Shown: positions 1 to 10,203, counted from the first letter of the stretch. The stretch is 64,000 nucleotides of DNA from Faecousia sp. (GCA_045644625.1 JAZRHG010000052.1:10816-74815), one strand, 5' to 3'. Numbers and translations: made by a program. The notes: generated from the letters alone by a model not told the origin.

Positions 1-117
1 ACCATAAGTTGCCGCGGCAGAACCTCGGTCGCTAAATAATGTACCGTTGGCGATTGCCCCTATCAGTATTAAAAGTGCACCTGCAAAAAATAAACTGCCT
101 AAGACTTTTTTGGCCAT
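1..117 (-). CDS. N-terminal part of a small membrane protein (runs off the window edge)
   Basis: Manual translation MAKKVLGSLFFAGALLILIGAIANGTLFSDRGSAAATYG; AAGGAG RBS upstream of the ATG at 117; hydrophobic. Confidence 0.6.
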   Translation of the reverse strand, partial: MAKKVLGSLFFAGALLILIGAIANGTLFSDRGSAAATYG

Positions 118-410
118 TTTGTCTTTCTCCTTATAACTAAGTTATAATTTCAAGAAAAATTATAACATGTTGCAATGTAACAGTCAACGAATTACATAAG
201 AATTATTCTTCCTTTGTACCACACTATCTATCGCCATACAAAACCTGCCGAGTGGTGGGGAGTTGTCAGTGCCGGGTCGCCTTCTTAACGTGCGTCTAAG
301 CTCCTTAGAAATCACAATTCTTCCCAAATGTCCACTCTTCTAACTATTTCTGTCGCCTTCATAGTATACCGTTCTCCTTTTACGATACTTTACGGTCTTA
401 CAAAACCCTG

Positions 411-549
411 TGTCATTCTGAGCGAGCGTAGCGAGTCGAAGAATCTACGCAGTTTCGAAACTGCATAGTGCACATCGGTGCGAAGATCCTTCGACTTCGT
501 GCCGTTGGCACTCCGCTCAGGATGACAGCGGTTGTCGTTAGCCCCTACA
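411..549. repeat. Palindromic REP-like intergenic element (TGTCATTCTGAGCG...CGCTCAGGATGACA) followed by an inverted GTAGGGGC motif
   Basis: Imperfect terminal inverted repeats 411-424 and 514-527, inner GAAGAATCT/AGATCCTTC pair; GCCCCTACA at 541-549; related element at 38723-38815. Confidence 0.75.
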
Positions 550-609
550 ATCATTTTACAAATTACGCTGCGAATCTGTAAACGAGCGGAGATTATACCG
601 CGCAAAAGA

Positions 610-637
610 AAAACTCCTCATTGCACAGAGGAGTTTT
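610..637 (-). terminator. Intrinsic terminator after the macrodomain gene
   Basis: AAAACTCCTC-N8-GAGGAGTTTT hairpin with T-rich tail on the minus strand. Confidence 0.65.
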
Positions 638-657
638 AAACAAGCACATAAGAGGGG

Positions 658-1119
658 TTACTTTTCAAACAGAACAATATAAACCAACATATCATGCTCG
701 CTTAGAAATTCTGTAATTGTATCTACGGCAACTTGTAGCGCCTGTTCTTTCGGATAGCCATATATTCCGCTTGAAATCAACGGAAAGGCAACAGAGGTGC
801 ATTTGTTATCCAAAGCAATTTTTAATGATTCCCGATAGCAGCTCTCCAGCAATTCCTTTTCACCCTTTTGACCACCCTTCCATTTAGGACCAACTGTGTG
901 TATCACATACTTGGAAGGAAGATTATAGGCCTTTGTGAGTTTCGCATGTCCTACTTTACAGCCACCTAATTTCATACATTCTATCAGGAGTCCCTTGCCT
1001 GCCGCTTTGTGAATCGCTCCATCCACCCCTCCGCCGCCTAACAAGGTCGAATTGGCTGCATTTACAATCGCATCACACGCCATTTTTGTAATATCGTTAT
1101 ATACAATTTCTACTTGCAT
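658..1119 (-). CDS. ymdB: Macrodomain protein (O-acetyl-ADP-ribose deacetylase, YmdB-like)
   Basis: DIT, DAIVNAAN, GGGGVDGAIH, VIHTVGP and AFPLISSGIYGYP macrodomain motifs. Confidence 0.9.
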   Translation of the reverse strand: MQVEIVYNDITKMACDAIVNAANSTLLGGGGVDGAIHKAAGKGLLIECMKLGGCKVGHAKLTKAYNLPSKYVIHTVGPKWKGGQKGEKELLESCYRESLKIALDNKCTSVAFPLISSGIYGYPKEQALQVAVDTITEFLSEHDMLVYIVLFEK

Positions 1120-1547
1120 TCTTCTCTTCTTCTCCTATATTCAGCAATTACATCTTTTATACAGAAACAAATCGACACAATATGTACAATGGCACTTATC
1201 GCTCCCACCACACAGATAAGCCAAGCACGCATTTGAAGTGCAGCAATTAAAAAAGCAGCAACAGGAACAAAACGAATACAGCCAACAATTAACACCTGGG
1301 TGTTGACCTCTAACTTTTTGACCGGTTTATAAAGATTACCATTGTGGCTCGGTTTCGCAACATCATAATCGATTATTAATTTCAGAAGCCAGATAGCTAT
1401 GAATACGGCTTTATTTTCCGACGTTATCGGGGAAAATAAAATAACGAAGAACGAAACGATTTTAGGAGCAAATACTCCAATAACATTCATCGCAACCACT
1501 CCCATAGTTATTTTGCTTAGTATACCAAGCGCAAATATGAATGTCAA
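1110..1547 (-). CDS. Hypothetical membrane protein (start uncertain)
   Basis: Several hydrophobic segments; stop overlaps the start of the macrodomain gene. Confidence 0.5.
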   Translation of the reverse strand: MTFIFALGILSKITMGVVAMNVIGVFAPKIVSFFVILFSPITSENKAVFIAIWLLKLIIDYDVAKPSHNGNLYKPVKKLEVNTQVLIVGCIRFVPVAAFLIAALQMRAWLICVVGAISAIVHIVSICFCIKDVIAEYRRRREECK

Positions 1548-1711
1548 ATATTTGTTGTTATATCACTATACTAAGGCGATATTCACCGCGTTGCATATCG
1601 CTATGTCAAACTATGCATGCCTTAACAAAGCAAATTGAAAGTTATCAATGTTGTCTGTGAGGAGTCACCTTCTCTAATCTTGAGGGTTCTACCAATTCTC
1701 GTGAGAAGTCA

Positions 1712-1740
1712 TTGACTTTATCCGTATTTTACAATATACT
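1712..1740 (+). promoter_or_regulatory. Sigma-A-type promoter
   Basis: TTGACT-17 bp-TATACT upstream of the ATG at 1778. Confidence 0.6.
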
Positions 1741-1777
1741 TCCATTAAGAAAATCTACACTTAGAAAAGAGGAGCCA

Positions 1778-2152
1778 ATGGAAAAGACAGAACAGTTCCG
1801 GAAACTTGATGGCACATTTGTAGACCATTATGTGCTTTCGAGAGTTTTTTCAACAGATGATATTCCACAAATTACAAAGCTTTTAACAGAAAACGGCGTA
1901 GCATTTCAAAGTTTTCGTCTCAGTAATTCTTTGGAACAGCCGGATCATTTTTTCCGGGTCTTCTTCGACTTGAAAGACCTGCTCACCTGTCCCACAGAAG
2001 ATTACTGGATCGATGATTTTGGTGTTGACGGTGAATATAACAACAAAGATTTTAGTTTGACCTTCGAAATCGGAACTAATCGGCTTTTTACAATCACAAC
2101 GGGAGATATAAGCCTGGAGCCCCTGTTGCTAAAATTAGAAAACCTTTGTTAA
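1778..2152 (+). CDS. Hypothetical protein
   Basis: ORF starting MEKTEQF with AGAGGAG RBS and an upstream promoter. Confidence 0.65.
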   Translation: MEKTEQFRKLDGTFVDHYVLSRVFSTDDIPQITKLLTENGVAFQSFRLSNSLEQPDHFFRVFFDLKDLLTCPTEDYWIDDFGVDGEYNNKDFSLTFEIGTNRLFTITTGDISLEPLLLKLENLC

Positions 2153-2266
2153 ACATCTCGCAGGTCAAATGCACCCAACCTTCGTACCTTTAGCCTTTGG
2201 ATGCTATGTCAGCATATTTTCTTTTATATAATAAAGTGAAGATTGTACAAAAAGGAGTATATCGTT

Positions 2267-2911
2267 ATGAGATTCTTGATTGGTTTTGGACTTATGATAT
2301 TAGGCGGTGTTTTGACTGCCGTTACAGGCATAACGCCATTTTGTATCATCCTTTTTGTTGGCGTTTTTCTTTTTGCATCTTTGCCTGAGGAAGCCGTATT
2401 TTGCGATTATGTAATTGCCAACAGCAATGTTGCACTTGTAAGAAAACGGTACTATATAAATTTTCTTCCCTTTACAATCATTTCCTACATACTGACATTA
2501 AGAAAGGCAACATTAAAGATAACCTGGAAAGAAGAATACTATCAAAGCACCATCCCCTCAGGTGAAGAAAAACCTACACTATCCAAAATCTCCCGTGCAG
2601 AATATATCGCCTTGCGCAATGCGCAGAGAACATTTTACTCTACACAAACATTAAGTAAAGAGTTTATGGAAAAAACATATTCTCCAGAAGATATTGGGCT
2701 AAAACGCAAGAAAGCAAGACTGATTGCCGCAATTGTCCTCTCCGTCTTATCCATTTTGATGATGGCAGAACCCGGTGGCTTTTCTTTGACGCTGATCTAC
2801 GGCGCGATTTTCATCCCGATGGTTATTTTGTGGATTCCCGAATATCAGGACGCAAAAATTTTGCAACAAGCTTACGACAGAGCCATAGGCGCAGATGCGC
2901 AACACCAATAA
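2267..2911 (+). CDS. Hypothetical membrane protein
   Basis: AAGGAG RBS; N- and C-terminal transmembrane hairpins; terminator follows. Confidence 0.7.
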   Translation: MRFLIGFGLMILGGVLTAVTGITPFCIILFVGVFLFASLPEEAVFCDYVIANSNVALVRKRYYINFLPFTIISYILTLRKATLKITWKEEYYQSTIPSGEEKPTLSKISRAEYIALRNAQRTFYSTQTLSKEFMEKTYSPEDIGLKRKKARLIAAIVLSVLSILMMAEPGGFSLTLIYGAIFIPMVILWIPEYQDAKILQQAYDRAIGADAQHQ

Positions 2912-2915
2912 AAAT

Positions 2916-2944
2916 ACAGCGGAGTGGAATATCCACTCCGCTGT
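2916..2944. terminator. Bidirectional terminator hairpin between convergent genes
   Basis: ACAGCGGAGTGGA-ATA-TCCACTCCGCTGT perfect stem. Confidence 0.75.
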
Positions 2945-2965
2945 TGTTGCATAAAGAGGGGTTAA

Positions 2966-3196
2966 TTACGCCTCGTTCTGCAGTTTTTCGATCAGCTGCT
3001 TCATAGCCTCGATGGTGTTGAAGTTCTCCGGCATCAGCTCATCCACATCGATTTCGATGTCGAAAGCATCGTTGAAGGTGCTGACAATCTCGATAATGTC
3101 AAAGGAATCCAAAACGCCGTCATCAATCAGCTTCTTTTCCTTTACAAAATCCACATCAGAACGAATATCCTGCAGAATGTTGAGAATCTTTTCCAT
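2966..3196 (-). CDS. Acyl/aminoacyl carrier protein (DltC-like)
   Basis: 76 aa, acidic, GVLDSF phosphopantetheine Ser motif, ENFNT C-terminal motif. Confidence 0.9.
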   Translation of the reverse strand: MEKILNILQDIRSDVDFVKEKKLIDDGVLDSFDIIEIVSTFNDAFDIEIDVDELMPENFNTIEAMKQLIEKLQNEA

Positions 3197-3211
3197 AGTA
3201 ACTTACTCCTT

Positions 3212-4051
3212 TTATTTTAAAATGTATTGTTTACTGGTTCTTCCATTACACAGAAAACCTATTTTTTGATGCATTGCCAATGAAGGCGCATTTGTATCTG
3301 CGATCCAGGTCATATAGCGCTCCACACCGTGGTCCAAGCCGTCAACCAGCCACGCAAGCTGAAGTGTGGATGCCAAGCCTCTGCGTTCAAAATCCTTATG
3401 GGTGACTACGTGCCGTCCCTCACTGGTCTTTCCGCTGTGATGCCACCATTTTGCAGCACACAGTGTATTTTCGTTGTCGAATATACAAAGAACCTGATTA
3501 TCCGGATCCACCGTCTTGTGGGATTGGGGGATGTCGGTGGGGTTCAAAGCGCTCTCCCACAGGGATACCACCTGTTTCATGCCCGCACCATCTGTGCAAA
3601 AGGCAAACCGGTAACCCTGTGCCTCCAAGCTGCTTTTCTTTTGTGCATACCGCTCCCGCAGCTCCTGCTGGCGTTCCTTCATTGCTGCAGCTACCTGCAA
3701 ATTATGCTTAAACAGGGAAAAGCCTGCTTGCTTCAGCACCGGCTCAAGCTGGGATATATACACATCCCGGGAGCCGTTGTTGTTCAGCTCTTCTATCAGC
3801 ACCGGCTTGTCCTGTTGTAAGTTCGGAAGCGGAACGCCCGACTCCCAAAAATAGTACAGGTTAAAGAAATTGCCTTCGTCAACAAAAAACACCAAGCCGT
3901 CACTGTATTGCTCCACAAAGAGGGTTCCGCTTGTAATGAACGCGTTCATCGCGCCCGGCAGCAAAAGGCAGTTGGTGTCCACGCGGTTTCTCTCTTCCTT
4001 GTTCTGGCGCAGCAGGTCCTTGTAGTCGTCTAAGGTTTCGACTTTTTTCAT
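3212..4051 (-). CDS. GNAT family N-acyltransferase
   Basis: C-terminal RRGLAS acyl-CoA motif and N-x-PSLAMHQKIGF; GAGAGG RBS before MKKVET. Confidence 0.8.
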   Translation of the reverse strand: MKKVETLDDYKDLLRQNKEERNRVDTNCLLLPGAMNAFITSGTLFVEQYSDGLVFFVDEGNFFNLYYFWESGVPLPNLQQDKPVLIEELNNNGSRDVYISQLEPVLKQAGFSLFKHNLQVAAAMKERQQELRERYAQKKSSLEAQGYRFAFCTDGAGMKQVVSLWESALNPTDIPQSHKTVDPDNQVLCIFDNENTLCAAKWWHHSGKTSEGRHVVTHKDFERRGLASTLQLAWLVDGLDHGVERYMTWIADTNAPSLAMHQKIGFLCNGRTSKQYILK

Positions 4052-4062
4052 ATAATGACCTC

Positions 4063-5565
4063 TCACTTTGCCAGCTCGTCCCGCAGCTTCTGTCTGTCAA
4101 TCTTGCCGTTTTTGCTAATCGGCATTGCCTCCAGCTTTACAAAAATGTTGGGGATCATATACTTGGGCAAATCAGCCTTCAGCGCTTCAATAATCTGGGT
4201 CTTATCCAGCTCACTGACATAGAATGCCACAATTTTATTTTTCTCATGATCAAACAGGCAGCAGGCTCTTACCATACCGTCAATGGCGTTCATATAGGTT
4301 TCGATTTCTTCCAGTTCAATCCGGTGGCCCATATGCTTAATCTGGAAATCCTTACGGGCAGCGAAGAAATACTCACCCTGCTCGGACAGCTCTGCCAAGT
4401 CTCCCGTGCGGTACATCCGTTCAGGATATCTGTCATTGAGGGGGTTCTGCACAAAGGCAGCTGCGGTTTTCTCGGGGTTTCTGTAATAACCCAAACCAAC
4501 ACAAGTACCAACAACGCAGATTTCACCGGTTTCACCAACACCGATGGGCTCATTCTTCTCATTCAGGAATAGCACACCTTCATTTTTAAAGGGAATACCC
4601 AAAGGCAGCTTGTCGGTGTTGCCGAACTCCCGGTCAATGATATAGTACAGGCAGTTACAGGTGATTTCTGTGGGGCCGTAAAGGTTCACAAACATTGCTT
4701 CCGGCAAGTACTGTCTCCAGATGTTCAGCATCTTAATAGGCATAACCTCACCGGAGAACATAACCTTCTTCAGCGCTTGCGGAACTCTCTTCTTAAAGGC
4801 ATTCACACCTGCAACAATGCAAAGTGCGGACACTGCCCAAACCACGGTTGTAATTTTTCTGTCATCCAAGGTTTCCACCAGGAGCTTGGGCATGGAGAAA
4901 CACACCTTGGGGATAATGTACATTGTTGCACCGCAATACAGCGTAGAATAAATATCCTTTACTGATACATCAAAATCAAAGGGTGCCTGGTTGCCAAAGA
5001 TTTCATTTTCGTCGAATGAGAAGGTCTCACAGAAGACAGGAATGAAGTCCCGCACATTGCGATGGGAAATCAATACACCCTTGGGAACGCCGGTGGAACC
5101 GGAGGTGCAAATTGCATACAGCGGGTCTGTATCCAGGCAGCTTGCACGCACTTTGCCCAGTAAATCTGCATCGGCTTCATGGGCAATCAGCTCCGCATAC
5201 TCAAAAATCGGAACAGTCACAGTACCAACCAACTCTTCCGGCACGTTGCCTAAAGAAACAATTGCCACCGGCCGCATTTGATCCAAAATGGTGCGGATGC
5301 GCTGTATCGGCTGACCTTCATCGATGGGAACATAGAAATTACGGCTCATAGCAATACCCATAAAGGTGCTGATGCTTTCCACTTTTCTGTCAATGATAAC
5401 CGCGACAGGCTCATTTACAGCATTCACTTTCTTCACCAGCGCCGTGCCAATGCGGTTGGCGTTCTCCTCCAGCTGGGCATAGGTCAAATCCTTGTCCTGA
5501 TCAGAAAAAGCTACCTTATTGGGAAATCGTTGTGCGGAGTTCTCTAAGTATTCAATAATTGTCAT
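4063..5565 (-). CDS. Stand-alone amino-acid adenylation enzyme (DltA-like)
   Basis: LTYAQL, TSGSTGVPKG, FDFDVS, NLYGPTE, YRTGD, GHRIELEEIE, NGKIDR core motifs. Confidence 0.92.
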   Translation of the reverse strand: MTIIEYLENSAQRFPNKVAFSDQDKDLTYAQLEENANRIGTALVKKVNAVNEPVAVIIDRKVESISTFMGIAMSRNFYVPIDEGQPIQRIRTILDQMRPVAIVSLGNVPEELVGTVTVPIFEYAELIAHEADADLLGKVRASCLDTDPLYAICTSGSTGVPKGVLISHRNVRDFIPVFCETFSFDENEIFGNQAPFDFDVSVKDIYSTLYCGATMYIIPKVCFSMPKLLVETLDDRKITTVVWAVSALCIVAGVNAFKKRVPQALKKVMFSGEVMPIKMLNIWRQYLPEAMFVNLYGPTEITCNCLYYIIDREFGNTDKLPLGIPFKNEGVLFLNEKNEPIGVGETGEICVVGTCVGLGYYRNPEKTAAAFVQNPLNDRYPERMYRTGDLAELSEQGEYFFAARKDFQIKHMGHRIELEEIETYMNAIDGMVRACCLFDHEKNKIVAFYVSELDKTQIIEALKADLPKYMIPNIFVKLEAMPISKNGKIDRQKLRDELAK

Positions 5566-5583
5566 AACACCCTCCTAATATTA

Positions 5584-6363
5584 TCAAAATTGCAAAACTT
5601 CCATCAATTTGTTTGCAAAAGCTTCGGCATCTTCCTCGATAGCGCTGTGCGTTCCCGGAAATGAAACCACAGGCCAACCAAAATATGCGCCGTCATTGTT
5701 TGCCGTACGCCAAAAGATATTGTCCGGATTGTATTGGGTGACGGCAACTGTAACAGGAATGTCTAAATTGCGAAGCAGGGTTTCTTCCGGCACAAAGGCA
5801 TTCATCTGATGCATATCCCCATATACAAAGGCTTTCAGGTTTTTCCGCATGCGGTCCATTTGTGTCGTCTGCGGCTTTGCAGGGGCAGCCGGTTTCTCGC
5901 TCCGTTTGGTTCCAGTTACCTTTTGAAAGGACAGGAAAATCTTCAATAATTGATTGCGTTCTGCGTAACCTGCCAGCTCCTTGCGCCAATCTGCAAGCAT
6001 TTGCGCATCCTGGGGATTGAACGCAAGAGACGATTCAATCAGCACCAGCTGCTTCACTGCCTCCGGATATTTTAGCGCAAGGCCAAGTGCGATATTCGCG
6101 CCGGCACTGTGCCCAACCACATAAGCGGGCGTATCCGCACAAGCTTTCAGCACCTCATACGCATCCTCCACCTGCGCTGCCAGGGAATGATCCATCCCCT
6201 CCACTGCGGAATTTTCGCCGTAACCTCTTCGGTCATAGGAAATCACTTTCGCATGATTGGATAAATTGCGGGCAACACCGGAGAAAAAAGTGTGGTCGCT
6301 CAAAACGCCGTGGATAAGCAGCACAGGCGAGCCTTTTCCGATACATTCCCGATACAGTTCCAT
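5584..6363 (-). CDS. Alpha/beta hydrolase (possible thioesterase)
   Basis: HG oxyanion motif, YDRRGYG, GHSAG nucleophile elbow, C-terminal GTH. Confidence 0.88.
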   Translation of the reverse strand: MELYRECIGKGSPVLLIHGVLSDHTFFSGVARNLSNHAKVISYDRRGYGENSAVEGMDHSLAAQVEDAYEVLKACADTPAYVVGHSAGANIALGLALKYPEAVKQLVLIESSLAFNPQDAQMLADWRKELAGYAERNQLLKIFLSFQKVTGTKRSEKPAAPAKPQTTQMDRMRKNLKAFVYGDMHQMNAFVPEETLLRNLDIPVTVAVTQYNPDNIFWRTANNDGAYFGWPVVSFPGTHSAIEEDAEAFANKLMEVLQF

Positions 6364-6375
6364 ACGCCCGACCTC

Positions 6376-7971
6376 TTAGAACTGCGCGTAGATAAATCCG
6401 GCACTGTCGTATCCCGGACCATACATACCGAAAATAATGATGGCAAGAATTGCGCCGTAGTAAATAATCCAACGGAACACAACGTGTTGGGCTGCGATTC
6501 TTTGACGGATTTGAATGCCTTTTTCGTGCCAGTTATCCACCAGCAGCAAAATCACCGCAAAAACCGCTAAAATAAGCCAACCATTCCTATCCAAACCTAA
6601 CACTTCGGCATTATCATTTGCAAACGCAGCCACGATGTTGTACTTTTGGAACATCCGGCGGAACATATCCAGGCTGGCGTCCAGGCTGCCTGCATTGGAG
6701 AACAATCTACCCATAGAGATTACCACGAAGGTGCGGACCATCTGGAAAAGCCGCCAGGTAAAGGTTTCTTCCCGAATGCCGCATTTCTCTCTGGTCTTTT
6801 TATATACCTCTTCCAGCAAAATGCCCAGAACGATAAAAACACCGTTCCACACGCCATAGGCAATGTATGTCCAGTTGGCGCCGTGCCAGAAGCCCACCAG
6901 GAAATAGACGATGAACATTGCCAAAAACGGCGGGATGCGCTTTCCCACAAAGTCACCGACAACTTTCTTGCATTTTTTGCTAAGTTTGCCAAAGCTCTTG
7001 GACAGCGACAGCGGATAGAAAATATAATCCCGCATCCAGCCGCCAAGGGTAATATGCCATCTTCTCCAAAAATCTTCCACGGATTTGGAGAAATAGGGTT
7101 GCTTGAAGTTCAGTTCCAGTTCAATGCCGAAAATCTGGGAAACACCCCGGGCAATATCCATACCGCCGGAGAAGTCTGCATATACCTGCAAGCCGTAGAA
7201 TGCAGCTCCCAAGAAAATCATCAATCCCTGATACTGGGTGTAGTTGTCAAAAATCTCTTTGACCGGGATGGCAATGCGGTCAGCGATGATCATTTTCTTC
7301 ATAAAGCCCCAAACAATCAGCTGTGCGCCATACATAACGCGCTTATAGTCAAAGGAATGTTCTTCGTAGAACTGCTTGGCAAGCTGATTGTATCGGGCAA
7401 TGGGACCTTGCACGATTTGGGGGAAATAGGACATAAACAGCATAAACTTGCCAAAATGCCTGTCCGGCTCGTATTTATTGCGATAGATATCAATCATATA
7501 CGCCAGCGCCTGCAGGGTATAGAAGGAAATTCCCAGGGGCAGCAAAAACCGCATAGTGGGAATTTGTACGCCCAGCTTGGTCAGCAGCAGGTTGGCGTTG
7601 CCGGCAAAGAAATTAAAGTATTTGAGACAAATTAGAATGCCCAAAACCAAAAACACGCCGGTGAGCATAACCCACTTGGTCTTGCCCTTGGTTTTTTCCT
7701 TGCAGGCTTTGCGTTCCTTTGCAGACATAGATTCGCCATTTTCAGCAAGGTATGTCTTTGCTTTTTCATTGATTGCCGCAATGGCTTTGCCGGTGAAGAA
7801 GGTAATTGCCGTTGTCAGCAGCAGCCAGCCGATGAGCCATTCACTGTTAATCCAAAAATATACATAGCTGGCAGCCAGCAGCACGCACCACTGGCAGCGT
7901 TTGGGCACCAGAAAATAGATAAGCGCCGTGACCGCAATCAAAATAATAAACGGAAAAGAAACAAATGCCAT
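6376..7971 (-). CDS. MBOAT family O-acyltransferase (DltB/AlgI/PatA-like)
   Basis: LPLGISFYT, FPQIVQGPI, YADFSG, FWRRWHITL, GFWHGA catalytic His; C-terminal FIYAQF motif. Confidence 0.93.
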   Translation of the reverse strand: MAFVSFPFIILIAVTALIYFLVPKRCQWCVLLAASYVYFWINSEWLIGWLLLTTAITFFTGKAIAAINEKAKTYLAENGESMSAKERKACKEKTKGKTKWVMLTGVFLVLGILICLKYFNFFAGNANLLLTKLGVQIPTMRFLLPLGISFYTLQALAYMIDIYRNKYEPDRHFGKFMLFMSYFPQIVQGPIARYNQLAKQFYEEHSFDYKRVMYGAQLIVWGFMKKMIIADRIAIPVKEIFDNYTQYQGLMIFLGAAFYGLQVYADFSGGMDIARGVSQIFGIELELNFKQPYFSKSVEDFWRRWHITLGGWMRDYIFYPLSLSKSFGKLSKKCKKVVGDFVGKRIPPFLAMFIVYFLVGFWHGANWTYIAYGVWNGVFIVLGILLEEVYKKTREKCGIREETFTWRLFQMVRTFVVISMGRLFSNAGSLDASLDMFRRMFQKYNIVAAFANDNAEVLGLDRNGWLILAVFAVILLLVDNWHEKGIQIRQRIAAQHVVFRWIIYYGAILAIIIFGMYGPGYDSAGFIYAQF

Positions 7972-7972
7972 A

Positions 7973-9889
7973 TCAGTTGTCTCCTTTCTCTAATGCAACC
8001 TGCGCAGAATGGAATTTATAGTACTGATCGCTGTGCCTGAATTCTGCAGAAACGATGTATTCGGCATTCTCCCGTTCTGCGTAATCTGCATCCACCCAAA
8101 CGGTGTCTGTAATGTGTTTTGCCACAACTTGCCACGGGGCATCACCCTGCCGCACATAGACGCTGTAACTGCCTGCGCCTTCCACCGCATCCCAAGTGAT
8201 TTCCAGACCGTCCTGGTTTATTTGCAGCGTAGGTTCCGGCTTCTGCAGCTCTGCATAACGCAAAAGGCCGACAGCATCAAAGCCGCTATAGCGGTTTTGA
8301 CCATTTACCTCGGCACCGGCTTTCACCGAATAAATATAAGGCAATTGTGGCTCATAACCGCTGTCTGTAAATGTTGTGGACGTTCCGTCCACCGACCCTA
8401 TATTCACCCACCGCTGACCGGGCAGCTTGCGGTAGACAATAAAGCTGTCCACGCCATCCTGTGCTTCCCAGGAGACGGTGATGCCAGCATCGGTTTCTTC
8501 CAGCGCCAGCAGCTTGGGATTGGGAATGGTTGTCATTGCAGCAATACCGGAAATGTCAAAGTTACCGTACACGGTTCCCCCGTTTTCCTCGCCCAGCGGC
8601 ACAACGGTATATTTGTAGCCTGTGTTGCGCAATAGCTGTTCGTCCGTATAGTGCAGTGTATCCGCATCTACCTCAGTCACAAATTCCCAGGGATATAATT
8701 CTTTGGTTTGCCGGTCTCTGTGTTGCCGATAAATTGCATACCCTGATGCACCGGCGGACTTTTGCCAATTAACTTGGATGCTTGTACCGGATGCCGTGCA
8801 TTTTACAAGCTTTGGGGCAGCCAAATCATTGCTGCGCAACATATTTTCAATTTCAAACGGTAAGGCGTAGGGTTTGATGCGCTTGGCAAACTCTTCCGCA
8901 GCCGCATCCCAACCGGCATAGGCCGGATCCCCCCGCTTATCGCGGAAGCCGTAGTTTTCCTTTAAGTAAGCGCTCAAATAACGGGTAAACTTCAAAGCGC
9001 CGTGGACATTACAGTGATACGCATTATAAAAATCAGAATCCAGATCCAGTTGCAAAGCATCTATGTTTTCCATCAAATCCAGCACAGGCAAGCCTTGCGC
9101 CAAAACATAGTCCTTCAATGTGTTGATCTGCCCAACCGTCTTTTCTTCGCTAATAACCTGCGGTGAGAAAACGAACAGCGCATTGACGCCTTCTTTTTGA
9201 ATATAGCTCACCAGACTCTGCAGGATACCCTGCTGCTCCTGGGTGACGGAAATTCTGTCACTTGTATAGCAGAAGTCGTCCTTCAGGCTTACGGCTGTTC
9301 TTAAAAATGTGGGGAAATAAGAAGCGCCTTTCAGCCCGTCCAATTCTCTATCCATATTCTTGGCAAGGAATTCTTCCCAGGCGGAGTGAAAACGGATCAC
9401 CGGAAAGTAAAATTCCGCTTTATCCATACCGCTGAAACCTGCGCGTTCTGCCAGTTCATCAATCAGCGCGACCTTTGTGGTAGACAGCGGCAGGAAATTG
9501 GTGACATTGTGCACATCACTCTCTGTGGTCACGATGCCGTTGACTTTAAAATTATTCAAGTTCACAATATACAGAGCATCCGGCTGGGTTTTTCTGCACT
9601 CTTCAATCATATATTTTGTTGCGACCGCAGGCATCGACGGAATACCTATGCCATAGCCGGTAATTCCGAATTCCTCCCATGCCGCAGGACCTTGCCAGGA
9701 GGCATACACATTACTTGCGCCTATGTATATCACATCCAGGGAATTGGGCTTTTCTTCATAAAAACCTTCTACCGACTGATAAACGCGGTCGTCTGTGACT
9801 GTAAACAGCGGATTTATCAGAGAAAACAGCAGTGCCAAACCTATCAAAAACAGGACAGGCTTACACCAAACCATATTTTTTCTGTTCAT
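7973..9889 (-). CDS. Membrane-anchored SGNH/DltD-like acyltransferase with C-terminal fibronectin type III repeats
   Basis: N-terminal TM, IGASN (G-x-S), DFYNAYHCN catalytic-like His; three FN3-like units (W...Y.IYR...Y.Y.V). Confidence 0.75.
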   Translation of the reverse strand: MNRKNMVWCKPVLFLIGLALLFSLINPLFTVTDDRVYQSVEGFYEEKPNSLDVIYIGASNVYASWQGPAAWEEFGITGYGIGIPSMPAVATKYMIEECRKTQPDALYIVNLNNFKVNGIVTTESDVHNVTNFLPLSTTKVALIDELAERAGFSGMDKAEFYFPVIRFHSAWEEFLAKNMDRELDGLKGASYFPTFLRTAVSLKDDFCYTSDRISVTQEQQGILQSLVSYIQKEGVNALFVFSPQVISEEKTVGQINTLKDYVLAQGLPVLDLMENIDALQLDLDSDFYNAYHCNVHGALKFTRYLSAYLKENYGFRDKRGDPAYAGWDAAAEEFAKRIKPYALPFEIENMLRSNDLAAPKLVKCTASGTSIQVNWQKSAGASGYAIYRQHRDRQTKELYPWEFVTEVDADTLHYTDEQLLRNTGYKYTVVPLGEENGGTVYGNFDISGIAAMTTIPNPKLLALEETDAGITVSWEAQDGVDSFIVYRKLPGQRWVNIGSVDGTSTTFTDSGYEPQLPYIYSVKAGAEVNGQNRYSGFDAVGLLRYAELQKPEPTLQINQDGLEITWDAVEGAGSYSVYVRQGDAPWQVVAKHITDTVWVDADYAERENAEYIVSAEFRHSDQYYKFHSAQVALEKGDN

Positions 9890-10203
9890 TGTAACGTGTT
9901 TCCTTTCTGTGTTTCGCATCATAAACGAAACCTGGTATTATGCCAAATTATGCTTACATTTACAGCAAAAGGCGATTGTAAAATACTTTTTCACATATCC
10001 ATATTATTATACTTTGAAAAGCTTATAAATGCAAGTGTTTTCGTCATTATTCTCTTGTCGCCGCCTTGCCGGTAAATTGCTCGCGCTTTACGGGTTAAAA
10101 AGCGTCACACAGTAAGATTTTTCTTGTCACGCCAACTATTGTATGTTACAATAACTGTGTATTAAGCATATCTTCCGAAATTTCAAAAAGGAGATGCATA
10201 AGA

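Noticed and set aside
390-605. 71-aa ORF; also 43234-43827 and the upstream extensions of the PqqD ORFs (to 38629 and 39303)
   Set aside because: They run through REP-like palindromes or overlap neighbouring genes; better starts with RBS lie downstream.
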